Source: Escherichia phage vB_EcoM_PTE-Eco05. Taken from it: a stretch of DNA of 64,000 nt. Below, piece after piece: positions 1 through 9,717 of the stretch (the stretch's first letter is position 1; each line of letters begins with the position of its first letter). The translations under genes were made by a program, and so were the position numbers. Below the pieces are notes generated by a model. That model saw only the letters and a program-made list of their open reading frames with translations, was not told the origin of the DNA and did not search any database. The stretch lies in sequence record PQ306573.1; one strand, written 5' to 3'.

Positions 1-525
1 TATGATTTGAATAGCTTCTTAAGCATTTTGAGTCTAGTGTCTGATGATGCCGAAATTTCAATGCATACTGATGGCAATATTAAAATTGCAGATACACGTT
101 CCACAGTTTATTGGCCTGCCGCTGACAAGAGCACCATTGTTTTTCCTAATAAGCCAATTCAATTCCCAGTGGCTTCTGTGATTACTGAAATTAAAGCTGA
201 AGACCTTCAACAATTGCTTCGAGTTTCACGTGGTCTTCAGATTGATACAATTGCTATTACAAATAAAGATGGTAAAATTGTTATCAATGGCTACAATAAA
301 GTTGAAGATTCTGGACTAACTCGTCCTAAGTATTCTTTGACTCTTACCGATTATGATGGTTCTAACAACTTTAACTTCGTAATCAATATGGCTAATATGA
401 AAATCCAGCCAGGTAACTATAAAGTAATGTTGTGGGGAGCTGGTGATAAAGTTGCAGCCAAGTTTGAAAGCTCTCAAGTAAGTTATGTTATTGCGATGGA
501 AGCCGATTCTACTCACGACTTCTAA
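1..525 (+). CDS. 45: Sliding clamp gp45, 5' partial (frame runs off window start)
   Basis: C-terminal clamp sequence ending ALEADSTHDF-like; directly upstream of clamp-loader genes as in T4. Confidence 0.9.
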   Translation, partial: YDLNSFLSILSLVSDDAEISMHTDGNIKIADTRSTVYWPAADKSTIVFPNKPIQFPVASVITEIKAEDLQQLLRVSRGLQIDTIAITNKDGKIVINGYNKVEDSGLTRPKYSLTLTDYDGSNNFNFVINMANMKIQPGNYKVMLWGAGDKVAAKFESSQVSYVIAMEADSTHDF

Positions 526-600
526 GTCAAAGCTTTACGTTTATTGTGATACGATTATGGAGGAGAAATCCTCCAGTTTAATGATAATGAGGAAAATTAC

Positions 601-1563
601 ATGATTACTATCAATTCCAAAGAACACATTCTAGAACAGAAATATCGTCCTTCTTCCATTGACGAATGTATTCTGCCTGCGTATGACCATGAAACATTCA
701 AGTCTTTAGTATCTAAAGGAAAACTTCCTCATATTATTTTGCACTCTCCATCTCCTGGTACTGGTAAAACAACCGTGGCAAAAGCATTATGTAACGATAT
801 CAACGCTGAAATGATGTTCGTCAACGGTTCTGATTGTAAAATTGATTTTGTACGTGGTCCGTTAACTGCATTCGCTCGTTCAGTCTCAATGGAAGGCAAG
901 CCGAAAGTTATCGTTATCGATGAATTTGACCGTAGTGGCCTCGCCGAATCACAACGTCACCTTCGTACGTTTATGGAAGAATTCTCTAGTAACTGTTCTA
1001 TTATTATTACTGCTAACAACATCGATGGAATTATCGAACCGTTACGTAGTCGTTGTCGAGTTATCGAATTCGGACGTCCAACCGAAGAAGATAAAATCTC
1101 GATGATGAAGAAAATGATTCATCGTATGGTTGAAATCTGTAAGAATGAAAATATCGAAATCGCTGATATGAAAGTTGTTGCAGCTCTGGTTAAAAAGAAC
1201 TTCCCGGACTTTCGTCGTACAATTGGACAATTAGATCAGTACTCGTCTAAAGGTGTTCTTGATGCAGGTATTCTGTCTATCGTAACTAATGACCGTGGCA
1301 CAGTCTCTGATGTTATTGAAGCAATGAAGAACAAAGATATCAAACAACTTCGTGCATTAGCTCCAAAATATGCTGCAGATTATTCATGGTTCATCGATAA
1401 ATTAGTTTCAGAATGTTATGACCAAGTTGCACCTGGTAAAAGTATTATTTCGCTTTACGAAATTGCAGGCGAAAATAATAAGTTTCATGGATTAGCTAGT
1501 AATATTGAATTACATGTTATGTATATGCTTCTTCAATTGACTTGTGAATTGACTTGGAAATAA
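601..1563 (+). CDS. 44: Clamp loader large subunit gp44 (AAA+ ATPase)
   Basis: 320 aa; Walker [15 protein letters not shown] Walker B, SRC motif; RBS-like ggagg upstream. Confidence 0.92.
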   Translation: MITINSKEHILEQKYRPSSIDECILPAYDHETFKSLVSKGKLPHIILHSPSPGTGKTTVAKALCNDINAEMMFVNGSDCKIDFVRGPLTAFARSVSMEGKPKVIVIDEFDRSGLAESQRHLRTFMEEFSSNCSIIITANNIDGIIEPLRSRCRVIEFGRPTEEDKISMMKKMIHRMVEICKNENIEIADMKVVAALVKKNFPDFRRTIGQLDQYSSKGVLDAGILSIVTNDRGTVSDVIEAMKNKDIKQLRALAPKYAADYSWFIDKLVSECYDQVAPGKSIISLYEIAGENNKFHGLASNIELHVMYMLLQLTCELTWK

Positions 1564-1564
1564 T

Positions 1565-2128
1565 ATGAACTTATTCGATGATGACGTCCGGCTTAACGAG
1601 CACCAAATTGCATGGAAGTCTAATGACGCTGATGCGATTCAAAAATGTGCTGATATGTTTAAAGAAAAACCTGAGAATGAATTCTTTAAAATCATTAATG
1701 CTATTAATGAAAAGAAATCTATGTCAATTGCTCAGGTCGACTACTCAAAATTTATGGTTGAGAACTCATTATCCCAGTTCCCAGAATGTATGCCAGCTGT
1801 TTACATGATGAACTTAGTCGGTTCTGAATTAAGTGATGAAGCGCACTTCAACTATATGATGGCGGCAATTCCGCGTGGTCGTCGATTCTCTAAATGGGCT
1901 AAACTAGTCGAAGACACTTCAGAGTTACTAGTTATCAAACTGTTGATGAAACGTTACACAATCAACATGAATGATGCTACCGAGTATAAGCGGCTCCTTG
2001 AAAAAAATAACAAGTTGCCAATAGTCCTTAAAGAACTGAAGGCCATGGTCACTGATGAGTTTCTCAAAGAAGTTACAAAAAATGTGAAAGAACAAAAACA
2101 ATTTAAAAAATTAGCATTGGAATGGTAA
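1565..2128 (+). CDS. 62: Clamp loader small subunit gp62
   Basis: 187 aa; start abuts gene 44 stop; synteny 44-62-regA. Confidence 0.8.
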   Translation: MNLFDDDVRLNEHQIAWKSNDADAIQKCADMFKEKPENEFFKIINAINEKKSMSIAQVDYSKFMVENSLSQFPECMPAVYMMNLVGSELSDEAHFNYMMAAIPRGRRFSKWAKLVEDTSELLVIKLLMKRYTINMNDATEYKRLLEKNNKLPIVLKELKAMVTDEFLKEVTKNVKEQKQFKKLALEW

Positions 2129-2130
2129 AA

Positions 2131-2499
2131 ATGATTGAAATTAAATTGAAGAACCCTGAAGATTTTCTGAAAGTCAAAGAGACTTTGACCCGTATGGGCA
2201 TCGCTAATAACAAGGATAAAGTTCTTTATCAGTCCTGTCATATCCTCCAAAAGCAAGGTAAATACTACATCGTCCACTTTAAAGAAATGTTGCGTATGGA
2301 CGGACGTCAAGTTGATATCGATGGTGAAGACTATCAGCGACGTGATTCGATTGCCCAGTTGCTTGAAGACTGGGGATTGATTGTTATTGAAGACTCTGCT
2401 CGTGAAGATCTGTTTGGCCTTACTAATAACTTCCGTGTTATCTCTTTTAAACAGAAAGATGACTGGACTTTGAAAGCAAAATATACAATTGGTAATTAA
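2131..2499 (+). CDS. regA: Translational repressor RegA
   Basis: Track ORF 2122..2499; start moved to second ATG (MIEIKLK...) giving 122 aa; position between 62 and 43. Confidence 0.8.
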   Translation: MIEIKLKNPEDFLKVKETLTRMGIANNKDKVLYQSCHILQKQGKYYIVHFKEMLRMDGRQVDIDGEDYQRRDSIAQLLEDWGLIVIEDSAREDLFGLTNNFRVISFKQKDDWTLKAKYTIGN

Positions 2500-2502
2500 A
2501 GC

Positions 2503-2522
2503 AATGGGACTTCGGTCCCATT
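2503..2522 (+). terminator. UUCG-tetraloop stem-loop (aatgggac ttcg gtcccatt) between regA and gene 43; weak T-tract
   Basis: Perfect 8-bp stem with ttcg loop seen directly; only a short T run follows, so it may be a processing or regulatory hairpin. Confidence 0.4.
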
Positions 2523-2580
2523 TGGAGTATAATAAGTTCATCAACAAACAAAAGACAATAACTCGTCTAAAGGAAATTAA

Positions 2581-5292
2581 ATGAAAGAATTTTACTTAAC
2601 GGTTGAACAGATTGGTGATTCAATTTTTGAACGTTACATCGATTCTAATGGCCGTGAACGTACTCGTGAAGTAGAATATAAACCATCACTGTTTGCTCAT
2701 TGTCCAGAAAGTCAGGCTACGAAATATTTCGATATCTACGGTAAGCCGTGTACTCGTAAGTTGTTCGCTAATATGCGTGCTGCCTCCCAATGGATTAAAC
2801 GCATGGAAGATATCGGACTTGAAGCACTTGGCATGGACGATTTCAAATTGGCGTATTTGACTGACACTTATAACTATGAAATCAAATACGACCATACAAA
2901 AATTCGTGTGGCTAACTTCGACATCGAAGTAACATCTCCGGACGGGTTCCCTGAGCCGTCACAAGCAAAACATCCGATTGATGCTATCACCCATTATGAC
3001 TCAATTGACGACAGGTTCTACGTATTTGATCTATTGAATTCTCCATATGGTAATGTAGAAGAATGGTCTATTGAAATCGCTGCTAAGCTTCAAGAACAAG
3101 GCGGTGATGAAGTTCCATCCGAAATTATCGATAAAATCATTTATATGCCGTTCGATAACGAAAAAGAATTGTTGATGGAATATCTCAACTTCTGGCAACA
3201 GAAAACTCCTGTCATTTTGACTGGATGGAACGTTGAGTCATTTGATATTCCATATGTGTATAACCGAATCAAGAATATTTTTGGCGAATCTACTGCGAAA
3301 CGTTTATCACCACATCGTAAAACTCGTGTTAAAGTTATCGAAAACATGTATGGTTCTCGTGAAATCATTACATTGTTCGGTATCTCTGTTCTTGATTACA
3401 TTGACCTTTACAAAAAATTCTCTTTTACCAATCAACCGTCGTATTCTCTGGATTACATTTCAGAATTTGAATTGAACGTCGGTAAACTGAAATACGACGG
3501 CCCTATTTCTAAGCTTCGTGAAAGCAATCACCAACGATATATTTCTTATAACATTATCGACGTGTATCGTGTATTGCAAATTGATGCTAAGCGTCAGTTC
3601 ATCAACTTGAGTTTGGACATGGGTTATTATGCTAAGATACAGATTCAATCTGTGTTTAGCCCAATTAAAACATGGGATGCTATTATCTTTAATAGCCTTA
3701 AAGAGCAGAACAAGGTGATTCCACAAGGTCGTTCTCACCCGGTTCAACCTTATCCTGGCGCTTTTGTTAAGGAACCTATTCCAAATCGATACAAATATGT
3801 AATGAGTTTCGACCTTACATCTCTGTATCCAAGTATTATTCGCCAAGTGAATATTAGCCCGGAAACAATAGCAGGAACGTTTAAAGTAGCTCCACTGCAT
3901 GATTATATTAACGCAATCGCTGAACGTCCTTCAGATGTGTACAGTTGTTCTCCTAACGGCATGATGTATTATAAAGACCGTGATGGTGTAGTTCCAACTG
4001 AAATCACTAAGGTCTTTAATCAACGTAAAGAACATAAAGGTTACATGCTTGCAGCTCAACGTAATGGTGAAATAATTAAAGAGGCCTTACATAATCCTAA
4101 TCTTTCTGTTGACGAACCATTAGATGTTGATTATCGTTTCGACTTCAGTGATGAGATTAAAGAAAAGATTAAAAAGTTGTCTGCTAAATCTCTTAATGAA
4201 ATGTTGTTTAGAGCTCAACGTACTGAAGTTGCAGGTATGACTGCACAGATTAACCGTAAATTGCTCATCAACTCACTTTATGGTGCACTCGGCAACGTTT
4301 GGTTCCGTTATTACGATTTGCGTAATGCTACTGCAATCACAACATTTGGTCAAATGGCTTTACAGTGGATTGAACGTAAAGTTAATGAATATCTGAATGA
4401 AGTTTGTGGTACAGAAGGTGAAGCTTTCGTTCTTTATGGTGATACAGACTCTATTTACGTATCTGCTGATAAAATTATCGATAAGGTTGGTGAATCTAAA
4501 TTCCGTGATACCAACCATTGGGTAGACTTCTTAGATAAGTTTGCACGTGAACGTATGGAACCAGCTATTGATAGAGGTTTCCGTGAAATGTGTGAATACA
4601 TGAACAATAAACAACACTTAATGTTCATGGACCGAGAAGCTATCGCTGGGCCTCCGCTTGGTTCTAAAGGTATTGGCGGATTTTGGACTGGTAAGAAACG
4701 TTATGCATTAAACGTGTGGGATATGGAAGGTACTCGTTACGCTGAGCCTAAACTCAAAATCATGGGTCTAGAGACTCAGAAATCTTCGACTCCTAAAGCA
4801 GTACAGAAAGCTCTTAAAGAATGTATTCGTCGTATGCTTCAAGAAGGTGAAGAATCATTACAAGAATATTTTAAAGAGTTTGAAAAAGAATTCCGTCAAT
4901 TGAATTATATTAGCATCGCGTCGGTATCTTCTGCGAATAACATTGCTAAATACGACGTAGGTGGATTCCCGGGTCCTAAATGCCCGTTCCATATTCGTGG
5001 AATTCTGACGTATAACCGAGCTATCAAAGGTAATATTGATGCACCACAAGTTGTAGAAGGTGAAAAAGTATATGTTCTGCCTTTACGTGAAGGAAACCCA
5101 TTCGGTGATAAATGTATCGCATGGCCTTCTGGTACTGAAATCACAGATTTAATTAAAGACGATGTACTTCATTGGATGGACTACACTGTTCTCCTTGAGA
5201 AGACATTTATTAAACCGCTTGAAGGATTCACATCAGCAGCTAAACTCGATTACGAGAAGAAAGCATCTCTGTTCGATATGTTTGATTTTTGA
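2581..5292 (+). CDS. 43: DNA polymerase gp43 (family B, with 3'-5' exonuclease)
   Basis: 903 aa; exo motif FDIEV, polymerase motifs SLYPSII and YGDTDS. Confidence 0.95.
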   Translation: MKEFYLTVEQIGDSIFERYIDSNGRERTREVEYKPSLFAHCPESQATKYFDIYGKPCTRKLFANMRAASQWIKRMEDIGLEALGMDDFKLAYLTDTYNYEIKYDHTKIRVANFDIEVTSPDGFPEPSQAKHPIDAITHYDSIDDRFYVFDLLNSPYGNVEEWSIEIAAKLQEQGGDEVPSEIIDKIIYMPFDNEKELLMEYLNFWQQKTPVILTGWNVESFDIPYVYNRIKNIFGESTAKRLSPHRKTRVKVIENMYGSREIITLFGISVLDYIDLYKKFSFTNQPSYSLDYISEFELNVGKLKYDGPISKLRESNHQRYISYNIIDVYRVLQIDAKRQFINLSLDMGYYAKIQIQSVFSPIKTWDAIIFNSLKEQNKVIPQGRSHPVQPYPGAFVKEPIPNRYKYVMSFDLTSLYPSIIRQVNISPETIAGTFKVAPLHDYINAIAERPSDVYSCSPNGMMYYKDRDGVVPTEITKVFNQRKEHKGYMLAAQRNGEIIKEALHNPNLSVDEPLDVDYRFDFSDEIKEKIKKLSAKSLNEMLFRAQRTEVAGMTAQINRKLLINSLYGALGNVWFRYYDLRNATAITTFGQMALQWIERKVNEYLNEVCGTEGEAFVLYGDTDSIYVSADKIIDKVGESKFRDTNHWVDFLDKFARERMEPAIDRGFREMCEYMNNKQHLMFMDREAIAGPPLGSKGIGGFWTGKKRYALNVWDMEGTRYAEPKLKIMGLETQKSSTPKAVQKALKECIRRMLQEGEESLQEYFKEFEKEFRQLNYISIASVSSANNIAKYDVGGFPGPKCPFHIRGILTYNRAIKGNIDAPQVVEGEKVYVLPLREGNPFGDKCIAWPSGTEITDLIKDDVLHWMDYTVLLEKTFIKPLEGFTSAAKLDYEKKASLFDMFDF

Positions 5293-5332
5293 TATAATGC
5301 CAAGGACGGCCAACTAATTAAATGAGAGAAAT

Positions 5333-5968
5333 ATGAAAACTACACCAATCACTATCGCTATTGACGCAATCGTAAAACAAGCTTCATCTCTTGCCACTAT
5401 GGCTAAAGTAATTAGTCAAAACCCTGCTCGGTATAATGCTATTCTTGAAACTCTTCGTCGCCCTGGACTGAGTAATTATGAAAGTCGTGTAATTATTACA
5501 GGTGTTGGTAAGAACGCTAATATCGCAACTAAAGCTTCCGAGACTTTTGCTTCACTAGGTATTCCTAGCATGTATTTGAACACTGGGCATTATTCTCATG
5601 GTGACGCAGGATTTATTGCACCTAATGATGTATTAGTTCACATCAGCCGTTCTGGTAAGACTGAAGAAATGATAGGTGTTGCTAAACATCTTCGTATGAT
5701 TCGTCCTCAGGTTAAACAGATTCTGTTACATTGTAACCCTGACATTCCACAAGAATACGAAGCTCTTTTTGATTATACGTTCTGTACTGGTATCGCGGTA
5801 GAAGTTGACGAGAACTCTTTAGCTCCGACAATGTCTACTACATTGTTGTTAGCGCTTATCGATACGTTCGCTATCAACCTTTCGTCTGAACGTGGATTTA
5901 CCTCTAATGATTTCCTTAAGTTCCATCCAGGCGGTGCACTAGGTGCCATGTTACGAGGCGAACAATGA
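5333..5968 (+). CDS. SIS-domain sugar-phosphate isomerase (KpsF/GutQ arabinose-5-phosphate isomerase-like)
   Basis: 211 aa; SIS-type Rossmann pattern (VIITGVGKN, HISRSGKTEE) and C-terminal HPGGALG typical of KpsF/GutQ-type isomerases. Confidence 0.7.
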   Translation: MKTTPITIAIDAIVKQASSLATMAKVISQNPARYNAILETLRRPGLSNYESRVIITGVGKNANIATKASETFASLGIPSMYLNTGHYSHGDAGFIAPNDVLVHISRSGKTEEMIGVAKHLRMIRPQVKQILLHCNPDIPQEYEALFDYTFCTGIAVEVDENSLAPTMSTTLLLALIDTFAINLSSERGFTSNDFLKFHPGGALGAMLRGEQ

Positions 5969-6108
5969 AAGCAATATCAATAGGACTTTTACTATTGATG
6001 CTTGTCATGACTATCTACTGGAGCTTAACGGCTCCAGTAATGATTCCAACACTTGTAATTGGATGGATTATGATTGGACTACAAGCAAAGTATGAATGCT
6101 TTAACTAG
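5965..6108 (+). CDS. Small hydrophobic membrane protein (47 aa, two predicted TM segments)
   Basis: ATG overlaps upstream stop (ATGA); highly hydrophobic MKAISIGLLLLMLVMTIYW...; below the 60-aa cutoff of the ORF track. Confidence 0.35.
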   Translation: MKAISIGLLLLMLVMTIYWSLTAPVMIPTLVIGWIMIGLQAKYECFN

Positions 6109-6149
6109 AATAGTGTACAATACTCCTACTTACCAATGAGGACTTCAAC

Positions 6150-7835
6150 ATGAAAAAAGCTGTTATTCTTGGTGCTGGACTGGCAACTCGTTTGTATCCA
6201 ATAACGCATCATATTCCTAAGGTGCTTGTTAACTATAAACAAGACACTATTCTGAGCAATTTGTATACAATTTATTCTGACCTTGGCGCAGATGAAATTA
6301 TTGTAGTAGTTCATTCAAAATTTGCTGAAACTGTTCGAGCTTATTGTGAGCAAGAAGGGTTCAATGTGACTATTCGTACAGTTGATGAAGCGTATGGTTC
6401 TGCTTATGCTCTTGCTAAATTACACAAAGATTTAGACGGCCATAATGTAATTGTTAACTGGTGTGATATTATTCCCGATTTTGGTTCATGGTCTTGGAAT
6501 GTTAACGCAATCTATGTTAAGGGTGATGAATGTCGGTATAATTTCGATGGTGAAAATATCACTAATGTAGGTGAAACAGGCGGTAATGTTGTAGGAATTT
6601 ATCAGTTCAAAGACTGGGAATTCTATATGGGTTCTACCGATGAGGAAATTCATGAATACTGCAAAGGACGTGATTTCGTAGAATTCCTTTACGGCAGCAC
6701 ATTCAATAAATCAGAGCTTATGAATCTAATTGATTTAGGTGATATGCCTAAACTTGAAAAGGCCCATGAAGTTCGTGAACTGAACCGTAGTTTTAATGCA
6801 GTTGAAATTGGCGAAGAAACTGTAACTAAATTCGCATTAACCGAACAGGGTCGAGCTCTTCAGAAAGATGAGATTTCGTGGTATTTGAAAGTGAAATCAG
6901 ATTCAGTTCCTCAGTTAGTTTCTGTTAATGAAAATAACTTTGAAATGGAACGCATTAAAGGTAAGCCGGCATTTGAATATATTAAATCAAAATCAAGTCT
7001 TGCTCGTCCACAAATTATTGATGCAATTTTAGATGCACTGAAATTCAGCACAGACACTTATTTTGTAAGTCCTGAAACTGTTCGTCGTGATTTCACTAAA
7101 GAATTCTATACGAAAGTTATTGATCGTTGTGAAAGCATTCAACCATTGATTGATTCATTTGGTAAAATCACACATGTGAACTACACTAAGATTGGACGTC
7201 TGAAGCCAATGCTGAAACAAGCTTTAGAACACCTTATTCGTTATCATAACCGTTCTCAGGGACAGTACTCTGTTATTCATGGTGACCCGAACTTCAGTAA
7301 TACTATGATTACTGATAACGGCGAAGTCAAGTTTATCGACCCTCGTGGATATTTTGGCGAAACCAAGATTTACGGGCCAAAATTGTATGATGAAGCTAAA
7401 GTGCTTTACGCTGTTTCAGGTTATGATGAATTCAATGCTAATCCGACCTGGGGACAGTTTACTATTGATGAAACAACTTGTAATGTGACTATTAACATCA
7501 ATCCATTAGTTTACAAATATGGAAAGATGAGTTCGTTTAACGAGTATCATCATTTGGCAGTGGCAATTATCTGGATTGCATTAGGTGGTTATTTCAAGAA
7601 TAATCCACTTAAAGCGGTAGCCGCATATTATAAAGGTATGGAACTTCTGACTAAGCAATTACGTAATATGGGCCGTGTACTTCAAGACGGCTCTATTAGT
7701 TATGACGTAGCAGAACCTGTAACGGCTACTCTGATTACAAAAAATCCTGGTAAATGGGTACTAACTGATAAAGAAACTGGTGTTTCCTATCGTCCAATCG
7801 GTGGCGATATCACTCATCAATGGGAACGAATCTAA
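6150..7835 (+). CDS. Bifunctional sugar-1-phosphate nucleotidyltransferase (N-terminal) / APH-choline-kinase-fold sugar kinase (C-terminal)
   Basis: 561 aa; N-terminal MKKAVILGAGLATRLYPIT..PK.LV nucleotidyltransferase signature; C-terminal HGDPNFSNTMI...FIDPRGYFG kinase catalytic loop (Brenner HGD..N plus D). Confidence 0.7.
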   Translation: MKKAVILGAGLATRLYPITHHIPKVLVNYKQDTILSNLYTIYSDLGADEIIVVVHSKFAETVRAYCEQEGFNVTIRTVDEAYGSAYALAKLHKDLDGHNVIVNWCDIIPDFGSWSWNVNAIYVKGDECRYNFDGENITNVGETGGNVVGIYQFKDWEFYMGSTDEEIHEYCKGRDFVEFLYGSTFNKSELMNLIDLGDMPKLEKAHEVRELNRSFNAVEIGEETVTKFALTEQGRALQKDEISWYLKVKSDSVPQLVSVNENNFEMERIKGKPAFEYIKSKSSLARPQIIDAILDALKFSTDTYFVSPETVRRDFTKEFYTKVIDRCESIQPLIDSFGKITHVNYTKIGRLKPMLKQALEHLIRYHNRSQGQYSVIHGDPNFSNTMITDNGEVKFIDPRGYFGETKIYGPKLYDEAKVLYAVSGYDEFNANPTWGQFTIDETTCNVTININPLVYKYGKMSSFNEYHHLAVAIIWIALGGYFKNNPLKAVAAYYKGMELLTKQLRNMGRVLQDGSISYDVAEPVTATLITKNPGKWVLTDKETGVSYRPIGGDITHQWERI

Positions 7836-8221
7836 TGCACCGTGTAGAAAACATGCTTAATCTTTGTTTTGATGTCGATGATTGTATAACAGAGTGGAAT
7901 AACAATCGTGATTACGTGAACTTCAAACCAGACGTCGAAATGGTGTCTGCCATTAATGCTCTGTATGATGCAGGGCATACCATAACGCTTTACACTGCTC
8001 GCGGTATGAAGTCAGTAGGTCCTGGTCGTATAGCAATTGACATTCTCCCAAGTCTGATTCAGAACTTGGCAAACATTGGCTTGAAGTACCATAATTTGCT
8101 AACACATAAACCAGTATATGATTGGATTATCGACGACAAAGCTATGCGTCCTGACGAATTCAAAGCTCTTATGAATAAAGGCGAATTCGAAACATTTAAA
8201 TCGTATAAACCGAATCTATAA
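7820..8221 (+). CDS. HAD-superfamily phosphatase (KdsC-like small sugar-phosphate phosphatase)
   Basis: N-terminal FDVDDCIT (DxDx[TV] motif I of HAD enzymes); start may instead be the ATG at 7835 overlapping the upstream stop (TAATG). Confidence 0.6.
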   Translation: MGTNLMHRVENMLNLCFDVDDCITEWNNNRDYVNFKPDVEMVSAINALYDAGHTITLYTARGMKSVGPGRIAIDILPSLIQNLANIGLKYHNLLTHKPVYDWIIDDKAMRPDEFKALMNKGEFETFKSYKPNL

Positions 8222-8269
8222 TAATTTAAGTAAGACCTGCAAAAAAACCATCGCATCAATTAACGCGAG

Positions 8270-9439
8270 ATGCAAAAAATGAATACTTTTAAAATCGGAA
8301 CGAATTTTGATTTAGCTCTTCTTGATAAAATCGTAGAGCTCAATAAAACTTATCCTAATAGCTTGATAAATGAAGTATACGGCTCTACAAGAGAAATGGC
8401 TTTTGTAGCAGCCAGACCTGATTTTAGGCTTCCTGACGTTGACAAAAAGATGTTAGAAGATTACGTTAAACGTTGTAACGAATTAGGTATTTGCTTTAAC
8501 TATACACTCAACACGATAAATCCTGGTTCAAAAAGAGAACTAGTTGAGTGGAAGAAGAAAGCTATTCAGGATTATGTTCAGTATCTTTGGTCAATAGGCG
8601 TATGGCGTATTACTATCGCTAACCCTGTTGTTATGGAAATTGTTCGTGAAGTCAATAAAGACATTGAGATTGAAGTTTCAACAATTCTACATGTCGATGC
8701 TGTAACTCAAATCAAATACTTGCATGACCAGTATAATATCAAAAAGGTCTGCTGTGGAATTCATAAGAACCGTTCAGTTTCTTTCCTGAAGCGTGCAGCA
8801 GAGTTTTGCAATAAGAACAATATAATATTTGAAGTTCTTGTAAATGAGTTCTGTTCTAATGCTGGTAAAGGGTATACAACACATTGTAGCTATCGTGACT
8901 CTTGCTATATTTTCCATAGTACTGATGTTACAGCTGATGATGCTAAATCCTTAAACGGATATCCTATGCAGCACTGTATTAAAGCTCGTGATACAGACCC
9001 ATTTAACTGGTTGAGAACTCGTTTTGTTCGTCCTCAAGATTTGAAACTTTATAATGATATTGGTATCACTCAATTCAAAGTTTCAGGACGTACAGGTAGC
9101 ACAGACTACATTTTGAAAGTTCTTGAAGCATACGCTTCTGAAAAGTTTGAAGGTAATTTGTTAGAACTGTGGAAGCCTTTAGAGACTATTTTCACTCTTG
9201 AAAACGAAACTGAGTTTTCACATACAGTAAATATTGAAACCTCTTTGTTAGATGGCTTTTTAGAAAAAAGGTGGTTCAGACATCCAGATTTCGATTGTGC
9301 TAATGAAATCTGCGGGACGACGTGTACATATTGTGAAAGATATTATAAACGTCAATTATCTAAAAACGGGTTAGCAGAAAACTCTATATCTATTATTGAT
9401 ATAACTAACTCTGATGACGCTTTGAGGTACCCGGAATGA
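8270..9439 (+). CDS. Cys-rich protein, possibly a TIM-barrel Fe-S enzyme (U32-peptidase-family-like); function unknown
   Basis: 389 aa; alternating beta/alpha-like N-terminal pattern, conserved Cys clusters (EFCSNAGKGYTTHCSYRDSC; CANEICGTTCTYCERYY); family assignment tentative. Confidence 0.5.
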   Translation: MQKMNTFKIGTNFDLALLDKIVELNKTYPNSLINEVYGSTREMAFVAARPDFRLPDVDKKMLEDYVKRCNELGICFNYTLNTINPGSKRELVEWKKKAIQDYVQYLWSIGVWRITIANPVVMEIVREVNKDIEIEVSTILHVDAVTQIKYLHDQYNIKKVCCGIHKNRSVSFLKRAAEFCNKNNIIFEVLVNEFCSNAGKGYTTHCSYRDSCYIFHSTDVTADDAKSLNGYPMQHCIKARDTDPFNWLRTRFVRPQDLKLYNDIGITQFKVSGRTGSTDYILKVLEAYASEKFEGNLLELWKPLETIFTLENETEFSHTVNIETSLLDGFLEKRWFRHPDFDCANEICGTTCTYCERYYKRQLSKNGLAENSISIIDITNSDDALRYPE

Positions 9440-9675
9440 TTTCTAGAAAAACTTTTAACCACCAACTTAATGAAGAGATTTTGACTATGAAACTGAACAC
9501 TAACGAACAAATTCTTAAAAGGGCCCTGATGGGCCTGTTTGAAACTAAAGCGGCTAAAGTGATTAAAGAACCTGTTCAATTGGAATACTACGCTGATGCA
9601 TTTCTTCATAGTGTTCTTGGAAGTATCGGTGCTGAAGCTTTACGTTATATCAACATTGTCAAGAAATTCAAATAA
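9436..9675 (+). CDS. Hypothetical protein (79 aa)
   Basis: ATG overlaps upstream stop (ATGA); in-operon position. Confidence 0.45.
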   Translation: MISRKTFNHQLNEEILTMKLNTNEQILKRALMGLFETKAAKVIKEPVQLEYYADAFLHSVLGSIGAEALRYINIVKKFK

Positions 9676-9698
9676 GCTTTACGAATTGAGTATATAAT
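9675..9698 (+). promoter_or_regulatory. Candidate MotA-dependent middle promoter upstream of gene 42 (AGCTTTA box, about 11 bp, TATAAT)
   Basis: aagctttacgaattgagtaTATAAT seen in sequence; MotA-box match imperfect (A for T at first position). Confidence 0.35.
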
Positions 9699-9717
9699 AA
9701 ATTGTATTGAGGTAAAC

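Noticed and set aside
1954-2547. 197-aa minus-strand ORF overlapping genes 62 and regA
   Set aside because: Lies antisense within well-supported plus-strand genes, has no RBS and a low-complexity translation; typical shadow ORF in AT-rich coding DNA. The same applies to other antisense or alternate-frame track ORFs inside genes 43, uvsX, 41, rIIA, 32, 34 and 37 (for example 3460..3900, 12695..13060, 33822..34199, 55818..56297, 44380..44721).
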